Positions 10,535-21,078 of a stretch of DNA of 24,219 nt are shown here, in pieces; the first letter of the stretch is position 1; each line of letters begins with the position of its first letter. The notes beneath the pieces were generated by a model. That model did no database searches, was not told where the DNA came from, and worked only from the letters and a program-made list of their open reading frames with translations. Origin of the DNA: Octopus sinensis (taxonomy: Eukaryota); assembly GCF_006345805.1 (NCBI RefSeq), contig NW_021836442.1:1-24219 (forward strand). Reading direction: 5' to 3'. The translations under genes and the position numbers were made by a program.

Positions 10535-10630
10535 CCTACCTACCTACCTACCTACCTACCTACCTACCTACCTATCTATTTATCATCTATCTATCTATCT
10601 ATCTACCTACCTACCTACCTACCTACCTAC

Positions 10631-10673
<43 letters not shown>

Positions 10674-10676
10674 CTG

Positions 10677-10707
<31 letters not shown>

Positions 10708-10708
10708 G

Positions 10709-10753
<45 letters not shown>

Positions 10754-10754
10754 T

Positions 10755-10812
<58 letters not shown>

Positions 10813-11070
10813 CTACCTACCTACCTACATACCCCTACCTACCTATCTATCTATCTATCTATCTATCTACCTACCTACCTACCTACCTACCTACCTACCT
10901 ACCTATCTATCTATCTATCTATCTATCTATATATCTACCTACCTACCTACTACCTATCTATATATCTATCTATTCTATCTATCTATCTATCTATCTATTA
11001 TCTATCTATCTATATCTATATATATATATATATCTATATATATATATTATATATATATATATATAATATA
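10450..11070. repeat. About 620-bp compound (CTAT)n/(CTAC)n/(TA)n microsatellite
   Basis: Direct inspection. Confidence 0.97.
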
Positions 11071-11520
11071 TACCAGAGTAAGCATATAAATGTGAAACAC
11101 GGTGAAAAAAATAGTACTCGAATACCGGGCTGTTGTATGTGTGTGGGAGTATTTAAGTGTCGTTTAAGAGTATTTGTGTGTGCGTGTATGTGTGTGTGTA
11201 AAAGTATATCTGTACGTGTGTATGAAAGAGTGTCTAGGAGTGTGTGGTGAATAGGGGTCTTTGTGTGTGTGTTGGTATGTGTATACGTATTTACGAGTGT
11301 GTGTATGTGTATGTCTGTGTTTTAATATATGCTATTGATAGAGGGAGATTGCATGTGGTAGTAGGGTAGGATTCAGGGTATGTGTGTGTTAGTTTCATAG
11401 AATATATGAGATAACTCACAGATATACAGCCGACGATACACACACGCGCGCGCGCGTGCACACACACATATTCCGTTACAGCTGTTTCGATTTTGGAAAC
11501 ATAACATTAATGACCTTTTC

Positions 11521-11607
11521 TACTCCTCTGATGAGATTTCGCCCAATAGAATGATTTAATTCCTGGAATTTACTCCTTGGGCAGAATCGAAAAAGGTGTA
11601 ACAGAAT
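11521..11607 (+). ncRNA. Type I hammerhead-like motif with intact core and decayed stem III
   Basis: CTGATGA at 11528-11534; stem II gatttcgccc/gggcagaatc (9 of 10 pairs) with a 34-nt loop; GAAA-A-AGGT-GTA instead of GAAA-C-AGCT-GTA. Confidence 0.6.
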
Positions 11608-11807
11608 ATGTTGAATTTTTGCAATTAATAAATTAAATTAAAGCTACATCTTCATTTTCTGAATTTTAATTTGAACATATACATATGTATGTGTGTTAGT
11701 TTGTATGTATGTATGTATGTATGTATGTATGTATGTATGTATGTATGTATGTATGTATGGATGGATGGATGGATGGATGGATGTATATATATATATTTAT
11801 ACATATG

Positions 11808-12128
11808 AAGGCGTATGGCTCAATGGTTAGAGCGTCGAGCTTACGATCGTGAGGTTGTGAGCTAAAACTCTGGTCCGGGCTGCGTGTTGTGTTCTTGAGC
11901 AAGACACTTTATTTCACGTTGCTCCAGTTCACTCAGCTGTAGAAATGAGGTGCGACGTCACAGGTGCCTTTGCCTTTCCCTCATATAACATCGGTGGCGT
12001 GGAGAGGGGAGACCGGTATGCATGGGCGACTGCTGGTCTTCCATAAACTACCTTGCCCGGACTTGTGCCTGGGAGAGTAACTTTCTAGGTGCAATCTTAT
12101 GGTCTGTGTCGTGACCGAAGGGGGTCTC
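11808..12128 (+). mobile_element. tRNA-derived CORE-type SINE (family O)
   Basis: A box tggctcaatggttag; CORE-like tgttcttgagcaagacactttatttcacgttgctccagttcactcagctgtagaaatgag. Confidence 0.8.
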
Positions 12129-12334
12129 AGATATCAGTGGCGACGCTACTCGGGCTCATCATAGATTTCGCATAAGACACATGCTTGCTCGAAGAATTTC
12201 ACATTTCCCTGTAATATTTCTAGCCCCAAATGGCTTTTTTATGTCTATCACTATGTCTTTATCTATTTCTAAGTTACGGGTAAAAATAAAGCAACCCTAC
12301 AAAACACAACTGATCTCTACACACAGACGCACTG

Positions 12335-12568
12335 AATACCTATTTCTTTATTGCCCACAAGGGGCTAAACACAGAGGGGACAAACAAGGACAGACATAGG
12401 TATTAAGTCGATTACATTGACCCCAGTACGTGACTGGTACTTAATTTATCGACCCCGAAAGGATGAAAGGCAAAGTCGACCTCGGCGGAATTTGAACTCA
12501 GAATGTAACGGCAGACAAAATACCGCTAAGCATTTCGCCCGGCGTGCTAACGTGTCTGCCAGCTCACC
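12335..12568 (-). mobile_element. SINE family M, full monomer
   Basis: Complete head to tail; 3' end reads gaaataggtatt. Confidence 0.93.
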
Positions 12569-12664
12569 AGCAATCAAATAACAACAGCGGAGTGCACAAC
12601 AAACATCACCGATCTGACTGTCTCCTGTACTCTTGACAAGAGATACCTGTTAGTCTTTTACACC

Positions 12665-13440
12665 TACCAGGCTCATTCGTATTAGCCCGAGTTGCTGGAT
12701 AATTTTTCGTTCCTTTAAGAATATTGTAGAACGGAAACTTTTCATAGATTGGAATTTAAATCCTAATCTCTATCGAAATTTATTGTTTCAAGAAATCATT
12801 GAATTTGAATTACTTTTAATTTTTTACGATTATAGATAACAACTTGGGCTGTAACTTTTGAGCCTGAGTCAGCCGCGTGTGAAAGATGTCGAGAGAACGT
12901 CTGTTACGAATATTTTTTGACCCAGGGCACTTCAAAGACGACCACCATATGCTGAACGAAAATAAATAAAGTGCGACCAGGCGCAATAAAGTGGAGGCGC
13001 AATGGCCCAGTGGTTAGGGCAGCGGACTCGCCGTCGGAGGATCGCGGTTTCGATTCGCAGACCGGGCGTTGTATGTGTTTATTGAGCGAAAACACCTAAA
13101 GCTCCACGACGCTCCAGTAGGGGGTGGTGGCGACCCCTGTTGTACTCTTTCGCCCCAACTTTCTCTCACTCTCTCTTCCTGTTTCTGGACTGGCGTCCAG
13201 CTGGGGGTGGGGGGACACATACGCCACAGAAACAGGGAAACCAGGCCTATGAGCCTGGCTAGGCTTGAAAAGGGCGCATAAATAAAAAGGTGCAATAAAA
13301 GGAACCGAAGTTATGGGCTGAAATTTCTTACCTGAAGTCAGTGTTATCAGAAAGTAAATCAACTTTCAAATACACGTTCACCTTATTAAATTTATACTCG
13401 GGCTAAGCCGGAACAGCCCGAGTGCCGGAGTCGCTACTGG
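12665..13440. mobile_element. Putative non-autonomous DNA or rolling-circle element with inverted hairpin ends
   Basis: ttagcccgagt (12682-12692) is inverted to actcgggctaa (13396-13406); hairpin actcgggct/agcccgagt (13396-13423); ends ctgg before a TA tract. Confidence 0.3.
12993..13283 (+). mobile_element. SINE family A with TSD
   Basis: Colinear with 3487-3808; TSD aggcgcaataaa (12979-12990) / aggtgcaataaa (13288-13299). Confidence 0.92.
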
Positions 13441-13859
13441 TATATATATGTGTGTGTGTGTGCATATATGTATGTATATGCGTGTATGTATTTTGAACTT
13501 GTGTATACAGTCATAGGCTTATATATGTGTATGAATATGTGTATGTACAATAAACAAGTTATTGAACTTTTCAACCTTGGAACTTCTTTAATCCATGTTT
13601 TTTTTTCTAATTTATAAAAACAAACTTACGCCTCTATCAATTATTAATTATTAATTATTAATTAATCTCCTTTGTATATGCATTATTCCCTTCTTCACTC
13701 AAGGTTTTTTTCCTTATTATGTAATATAATATATCTATATTTTACTGTTTTATTTATACACCCCCCAACCTGCCGAACCGTTAGCGAAAACACCACTGTT
13801 TTATAATTTGAAAGTAGGTTACCTTATCAAATTCAAACATTTATTCGTCAAATTGAATC

Positions 13860-14027
13860 ATAGGCGCAGGAGTGGCTGTGTGGTAAGTAGCTTGCTAACC
13901 AACAACATGGTTTTGGGTTCAGTCCCACTGCGTGGCATCTTGGGCAAGTGTCTTCTGCTATAGCCCCGGGCCGACCGAAGCCTTGTGAGTGGATTTGGTA
14001 GACGGAAACTGAAAGAAGCCTGTCGTA

Positions 14028-14096
<69 letters not shown>

Positions 14097-14308
14097 TGTG
14101 TGTCTGTGTTGTCCCCCTAGCATTGCTTGAAACCGATGCTGGTGTGTTTACGTCCCCGTCACTTAGCGGTTCGGCAAAAGAGACCGATAGAATAAGTACT
14201 GGGGTACAAAAAGAATATGTCCCGGGGTCGAGTTGCTCGACTAAAAAAAAGGCGGTGCTCCAGCATGGCCGCAGTCAAATGACTGAAACAAGTAAAAGAG
14301 TAAAGAGA
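13860..14308 (+). mobile_element. Composite SINE family C, full length
   Basis: Same modules as 5591-6122 without the insertion. Confidence 0.93.
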
Positions 14309-14443
14309 GTATATCAAATCATATACACAATAGTCAAAATACCTCGTTGTTTATGCAAGTACGTATGTACATAATTTTCTTTGGGTTTAATCTAAGTTCT
14401 TCTCGAGAGAGAGTTGAAGTCGGTACCCAACAAAGCGATACGT

Positions 14444-14752
14444 GGAGGCACATGGCCTAGCGGTAGTAAGAGCAGCGGACTCGCGGTCGAGGGATCGCGG
14501 GTTCGAATCTCAGACCGGGCGATGTGTGTGTGTTTATGAGCAAAAACACCTAAGCTTCACGCGGCTCCGGCAGACCGTAATGGCGAACTTCTGCTGACTC
14601 TTTCGCCACAACTTTCTCTCACTCTTTCCTCCTGCATCTTGCAGCTCACTCACCTGCGACGGACCGGCGTCCCGTCCAGGCGGGGAACCTATACGCCAAG
14701 GAAACCGGGAAACCGGCCCTTATGAGCCAGGCATGGCTTGAGAATGAACAAA
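14444..14752 (+). mobile_element. SINE family A, diverged subfamily
   Basis: B box gggttcgaatc; shared motifs gagcaaaaacacctaagc and ggcgtcccgtccagg; TSD-like caacaaagcga/caacaaagtga. Confidence 0.88.
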
Positions 14753-15851
14753 CAACAAAGTGACAAGACATATTTTTCAGTTAAGAGACTTAACGGCATT
14801 TGTATATATATATATATATATATTTAAGTAGGTGAATGAATTATCCTAGTATGGATAATTCGGTTAATCGATACCCGGGTAGCAAATTCACGTCAGAAAA
14901 CACGGTTGAAGTTACATGCTTGTTCTCGTGTGGAAATTTGTGTGTTTTTTTTAACTATAAGTAAATGAAAGAATGGAGTCGAACGACGATTTTAACAAAA
15001 TTCCTTTACTCTCGACATATGTTTCGAAGACTGCATATTCTTAATTCCGAAGGTTGAGTCGCATACATCAAAGTGTGTGCATCTATTCACACAAAAATCT
15101 CAGATGAAGAATATTTAGAATGCTTTACAGATAGCCAGCCGATCGCGGGGTTCTTTCCTAGCCTTTCTGTCGAACTGCTGTACATCCCGGTTCGGCTCAA
15201 ACGTCCGCTGGATTTTTTTCTCTCCACAGTTTCCGCGCGCTTGTGTGTGTGTGAGTGCGTGTAGAGATAAGCGTTTGTACATACACTTGTTCGTGAATAA
15301 CCATTGTTTTGGCTTTGTTGTGGCAATGAAGAGAAAGCGTAAATTACGCTGTATGTGTCTAAACGTTACAAGTAGATCATTATTTGTTCATAAATATGTG
15401 TCAAGGGCAGCGGTTACGTAGATTTCCTCTACAATTTATACTCAATTACTATTTTGTATAATAATACTTCATAATTTATTTCTGGTTCTCCCCTCTCTTT
15501 CAACTTTCTCTTTCTCTTACTCCCTCTCACTCTCTTTCTTTCTCTCTTTCTCTTTCTCACTCTCTCTTCATTGTCTTTCGCTCTCCGTTGCTCTCTATCT
15601 GGTTATCTATCGCTATCTCTCTCACTCGCGTCCGTCCCTGCTCATCCTCTCAACCATTATCTTCCTGTCAAAACCGTTACTGTGAGGTTTTGAAAATTTT
15701 CTTAACCCATCCTTGCAAGCACACACACACACACACAGACACACACACACACACACACACACAACACACACACACACATACACACACACTCTCTCTCTCT
15801 CTCCCACACACACAATACAAAGACACGTATCACACACAAGCATATATTTAT

Positions 15852-15898
<47 letters not shown>

Positions 15899-15949
15899 CA
15901 GTCACTCATACACATTCGCAAACACCCCCCACACCCATATATATATACA

Positions 15950-16056
15950 ATATGAATATATATATATATATATATATTATATATAATATATATATTACAT
16001 ATATACTATATGAATATATATACATATATACAGTATGTATATATATATATTATATA

Positions 16057-16101
<45 letters not shown>

Positions 16102-16103
16102 TA

Positions 16104-16144
<41 letters not shown>

Positions 16145-16159
16145 TATATATACCATATA

Positions 16160-16206
<47 letters not shown>

Positions 16207-16250
16207 CATACATACATACATACATACACATATATATATATATGCATACA
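15950..16250. repeat. (TA)n-rich microsatellite
   Basis: Direct inspection. Confidence 0.95.
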
Positions 16251-16489
16251 AGCATACAGGAATAAATGCTTACATACAAATGCGCACGCGCAGTAAGATT
16301 AACACACCTCCACACATCTACTTAATAGCTCAAAAACCGGATGTACTCACTAATCCTGCGAAACGTCAAGATCAAAGAAAGTAAACATAGACACACAGAG
16401 TATACTTACACACATTAATACATGTGTACGTATGTATGTATGTATGTATGTATGTATGTATGTATGTATGTATGTATGTATGTATATAT

Positions 16490-17790
16490 GTCATTTTTCA
16501 GTTTTATTTCAAGATTTCTTGCCAATAAAGGTGGCGAGTAGCACGCCGGGCGAAATGCGTAGCCGTATTTCGTTTGCCGTTACGTTCTGAGTTCAAATTC
16601 CACCGAGGTCGACTTTGCCTTTCATCCTTTCGGGGTCGATAAATTAAGTACCAGTTACGCACTGGGGTTGATATAATCGACTTAATCCGTTTGTCTGTCC
16701 TTGTTTGTCCTCTCTGTGTTTAGCCCCTTGTGGGTAGTAAATAAATAGGTATTTCGTCTGCCGTTACGTTCTGAATTCAAATTCCGCCGAGGTCGACTTT
16801 GCCTTTCATCCTTTCGGGGTCGATAAATTAAGTACCAGTTACGCACTGGGATCGATATAATCGACTTACTCCCTTTGTCTGTCCATGTTTGTCCCCTCTA
16901 TGTTCAGCCCCTTGTGGGCAATAAAGAAATAAGAAGCGTTAGCACGCCGAGCGAAATGCTTAGCGGTATTTCGTCTGTCTTTAGGCTCTAAGTTCAAATT
17001 CTACCGAGGTCGACTTTGTCTTTCATCCTTTCTGGGTCGATAAATTAAGTACCAGTTGCGTACTGGGGTCGATCTAATTGACTGGCCTCCTCCCCCAAAA
17101 TTTCGGTCCTTGTGCCTAGAGTAGAAAAGATTTCTTACCAATAGAGAAAAAGTCGGTTTGTAACCTAGATTCACAGCTTCTTCATTGGAATTCCAACCTC
17201 AACAACAGGGAATTTTCCTTGGTCTGTGGCCGAGGACTGTGAGGTCTGAGGTGGTGTGGTCGTTCAAGCGAAAATGACGGACAACATGGGTGTTCTTACG
17301 TAGATGAATGTCTGGTATTTGTTCGGTGAACCGGTCGGTTAGCCGGCGACCCGTCTGACTAACGTAAAGTTTATTGCAAAGATTGCACCTGATGCAGTAA
17401 ATGAGGCTTGAAGAAGTGCAGGAAGAGTTGCTAATGTAGAAGGTGTGCTGGTTGGATCTAGTGAGAGAGGTCTTGTGGGTGAAGAAGGGACAGGTATGCA
17501 GCAAAGGAAGGATCTGGGTCGGTTTGGAATGGGGAGAAAGCCCTGGAATAGTAGATCATATAGGTTACGGGCATGTTTGAAGGAGGGCAAGGGTGGGTTC
17601 AGGAAGGTAGGGAGGGTGGTGGGATCTAGCTGGAGGCGATGGAAGGCCCGCAGGAGGGAAAAGACGGTGTGGTTGGAGGATCGGTGTGGGGAAGAATAAG
17701 AAGGGCGGTAGTGCGATCGATTTGACGAGTGCTATTTGGGGAAGGGTGGATGGGAATCTGCGGCGCATGAACAAGATGGCCAGGTATTGG
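16490..17790 (-). mobile_element. 5'-truncated Penelope-like element: RT thumb, Cys linker and GIY-YIG endonuclease, decayed and interrupted by the SINE trimer
   Basis: Frameshifted pieces LFMRRRFP, RAFHRLQLDPTTLPTFLNPPLPSFKHARNLYDLL and SCTSSSLIYCIRCNLCNKLYVSQTGRRLTDRF..VVRHFRLNDH match the PLE GIY-YIG pattern IYxIxCxxCxxxYIGxTxRxLxxR..HF. Coding part about 17230-17790. Confidence 0.88.
16528..17126 (+). mobile_element. Trimeric family M SINE inserted as one unit
   Basis: Three central domains in tandem; 17-bp TSD aagatttcttgccaata (16511-16527) / aagatttcttaccaata (17127-17143). Confidence 0.9.
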
Positions 17791-18142
17791 AAAAACTTTT
17801 CAAAAAATTCTGGAAATCTTTTGAAAGAAATTTTGAAAAACATTTTGAAAGAAACTTTGAAAAACTTTTGAAAAATTTTTCACAAAATATTTTAAATGAA
17901 ATTTTGAAAAAAAAAATTAACGAAAGTTTGAAAGCTTTTTAAAAACTTTTGAAAAACTTTTGAAAGAAATTTTGAAGAACTTTTGAAACAATTTTTCAAA
18001 AAATATTTTGAAAGAAATTTCGAAAAATTTTTAAAGAAATTTTAAAAACCTTTTGAAAAACTTTAAAAAAGAAATTTTGAACAGCAAAATATCTTGAAAA
18101 ATCTTTAAAAAAATTTGAAAAAAATTTTGAAGAACTTTTTTC
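17790..18142. repeat. AT-rich minisatellite with 11-13-bp units (TTTTGAAAAAC / TTTTGAAAGAAA)
   Basis: Direct inspection; about 28 degenerate units. Confidence 0.85.
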
Positions 18143-18808
18143 ATGACTTCTCTTACTGCTACGAATAGCTTCTATCCCTCCGTTATACACCAATATCTCC
18201 TACCTACCTACCTACCTACCTACCTACATACATACATACATACATACATACATACATACATACATACATACATACATACATACATACATACGTACGTACA
18301 TACGTACATACGTACATACATACATATACATGCTTATATATGCTTGTATAAGCGAGCCCGGACTATTTATTCTTTGGTGACTTACTGACCAAATGACCGT
18401 AGGGGATTCTGCTTGCCTCCCAGAGGTGAAGAGTTACATTTGTCTTCGGCTTTAGAGTCTGACTATTCGTCCACTGGGCTAATTCCTTTGTGTATACAAA
18501 ACCGCTGGTCACTCTATGGCCGGACATAGACTTAACTACTTATATATATATGTGTGTATCTATATATGCATTATGTATGTATGTATGTATGTATGTATGT
18601 ATGTATGTATGTATGTATGTATGTAGTGTGTATGTATGTATGCATGTATGTATGTATGTATGTATGTATGAATGTATGTATGTATGTATGTATGTATGTA
18701 TGCATGTATGTATGTATGTATTATGTATGTATGTATATAAGAATTTTTTGCGTAATAAGATAAAAAAAACCAAGGCTGTGTAGATATTAGAACATTTATA
18801 GGTAGAAG

Positions 18809-18861
18809 GTCTTAACAGCTGTTTCTAGGATATTTATTAATTATATCCCTTCATCGGAGAC
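18809..18861 (-). ncRNA. Minimal type I hammerhead motif
   Basis: gtct-CCGATGA-a-gggatat(aattaataa)atatcct-a-GAAAC-AGCT-GTT-a-agac. Confidence 0.7.
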
Positions 18862-18959
18862 GGTGTCAGAGGATAGTTAAGTCATGTATATATGTATATA
18901 CATGTATGTGCATATATTTGTGTGATGTATTTATGAATGTTGAATGTATACACACATAC

Positions 18960-18997
<38 letters not shown>

Positions 18998-19384
18998 GCT
19001 CGTGATAATTAAAAGTTCGGCTGTATATAAACATACATGTCATCTACAATGCACATGCAGTACAGAATGGACATACGTGCAGACGCAAATGCATAGGACA
19101 ACGACTCAAGCAAGCAGGTATGCGACGGTGGTGCAGGCGAGCGACATGATGCGACATGGCAAAAACCAAAGAGAGAGGGGGAGAGGGGAGTGAAAGAGAC
19201 AAGGACTAAGAGAAAGAGAGAGGGGAAGGGAGAGAGAGATAGAGAGAGACAGACAGAGAGATAGAGAGAGAGACAGAGAGAGCGTCAGAGACTGAGAGAG
19301 GGGAAGATGTGTGGTTTATTGGGATAAGGAAGGTGGGTGGTTCTGGAAGGGTTGAGTAAGTCGAGCCTCAAGGAAGACGTCTGG

Positions 19385-19418
<34 letters not shown>

Positions 19419-19890
19419 CTATGTGATTGTATGTACGTGTTCCTGTATATGTGTGTGTGCGCGTCTGTGTGGTGCGCGCGTGTGCGTGAGTGCGTGTGTG
19501 TGTGTGCGCGCGTGTATGTGCATGTGTGCGCGCGTGTGTGAGCGTGTGTGCGTGTGCGTGTACGTGTTTGAGAGTGTGTGCGTGTACGTGTGTGGTGTGT
19601 GTGTGCGTATGTGTGTGTGCGTGAGTGTCCGTATGTGTGTGTGTGTACGTGCGTGTGCATGTACGTGAGTGCGTGTGTACGTAAGTGTGTATGTGTGTGT
19701 GCGTGTGTGTACGTGCACGTAAGTGCGTGTGTGTACGTGTGTGTGCATGTGTTCGCGTGCACGTGAAAGTGTGTGTGTGTGTGTATATGGGTATGTGCGT
19801 GTGTGCACGCGTGTGAGTATGTGTGCGTGCACATGTGTATGCGCGCGCGCGCGCGTGTGTGTGCGTGAGTGTGCGTCCGTGCGTGCGTGT
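19385..19890. repeat. About 500-bp alternating purine-pyrimidine (GT/GC)n tract
   Basis: Direct inspection; includes a (GC)7 run near 19840. Confidence 0.93.
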
Positions 19891-19909
19891 GCGTCTTCCA
19901 GTTAAGTGT

Positions 19910-19949
19910 CGTAGAAGGACATTGACACCAACATCAGTAACAGATTGAA

Positions 19950-20013
<64 letters not shown>

Positions 20014-20161
20014 AGCAGCAGCAAATACGACAAGAGAAACAACAGCGTCAACAATGCTTGTGATGACGATGACATCGAAAGAAACTGAGAAACCGGAAAC
20101 ACTAACAATGCTGGTGGCGGCGGCGGCGGCGGAGGTTTTTGTGGCGGTGGTGGTGATGGCG

Positions 20162-20201
<40 letters not shown>

Positions 20202-20289
20202 ATGTTGTTGTTGCTGTTGTAGGTAGTAGTAGTAGTAGTAGTAGTAGTAGAAGTAGTAGTAGTTGTTGTTGTAGGTAGTAGTAGTAGTA

Positions 20290-20335
<46 letters not shown>

Positions 20336-20380
20336 GATGGTGGTGATGGTGGTGCTGCTGATGATGAGGAGGAGGAAGAG
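19910..20380. repeat. Trinucleotide low-complexity block (CAG, GGC, GTA, GGT), possibly coding
   Basis: Repeats seen directly; the plus frame KDIDTNISNRLNNSSS..KYDKRNNSVNNACDDDDIERN* is protein-like but has no other support. Confidence 0.7.
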
Positions 20381-20429
20381 GGGTAGGATGAGGTGAAGGA
20401 GGGTTGATTTAATCCCAATGCCAACAACT

Positions 20430-20580
20430 TGGAGGCAAAAGGGATCAGTTGATACCGTTGCCCCCCCCCCAGTTCTTCACTGGTATTCGAGTTTATCGAC
20501 CACGAAAAGGATGAAAAGGATAAAAGGTAAAGTTGTCGCCGGCGCAATTCGATCTCATAACATAAAAACGCAGAATAAGT
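20430..20580 (-). mobile_element. Old degenerate family M SINE
   Basis: ctggtattcgagtttatcgaccacgaaaaggatgaa..aggtaaagttgtcgccggcgcaattcgatctc resembles the family M core. Confidence 0.7.
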
Positions 20581-20715
20581 ACTATAATACAACTGCTATA
20601 CAAAGGGAACGGCACACAGACAATTCTGTAGAGATATTAACAAATTGCCTCTGAGGATAGCCATGCGAACGTTCAAAAATATCGCCATACTGAGATCTGT
20701 AAATATTGATGATTT

Positions 20716-20925
20716 CAAATTTTGGTGCAAGACCAGCAGTTTGGGGGCAGGGTCTAAGTCAACTGCACTGACCCCGGTATTCAACTGGTACTTATCTTAT
20801 CGACCCCGGTGGAATTTGAACTCAGAATATATATAGACACAAAAACCAAATTTGATCTTAGAATGTAAGGACGGACGAAATACCGCTATGCATTTTGTCC
20901 GGCATGCTAACGATTCTGCATTTTG
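20716..20925 (-). mobile_element. Family M SINE with the alternative tail and a 27-bp internal deletion
   Basis: Tail resembles unit 3 of the trimer (ccc..ccccaaa..ggtcttgcacc); deletion at about 20808. Confidence 0.8.
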
Positions 20926-21078
20926 GACGGAATGGGCTGCGTGACTTGAAGAAATTTTTAACTGGGTCCCTCCTGGGCTCCATGCGCTGTTTCTCTTGAT
21001 ATAAGGTCACCATGTTTCGCAAATACGTTTCTGATGTATAAGTACGCTTATCAGACGATCAATCATTATGGATCTTCC

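Noticed and set aside
15011-15035. Minus-strand GAAAC-ATAT-GTC-gag (hammerhead 3' half)
   Set aside because: No CUGANGA core or stem II partner upstream on the same strand; at most a remnant.
15230-15250. 21-nt plus-strand micro-exon (ctccacag| .. |gtgagt)
   Set aside because: The donor arises from the end of a GT repeat, which is a common chance pattern in this genome.
17150-17200. Hammerhead-like ccaatgaag...caaaccga in the PLE 3' region (minus strand)
   Set aside because: Core and GAAA are both mutated and the stems are unconvincing; needs a family consensus.
18386-18540. Minus-strand open frame of about 50 codons ending at a gtaagt donor
   Set aside because: No pyrimidine-rich acceptor, no recognisable product, and the plus strand is similarly open.
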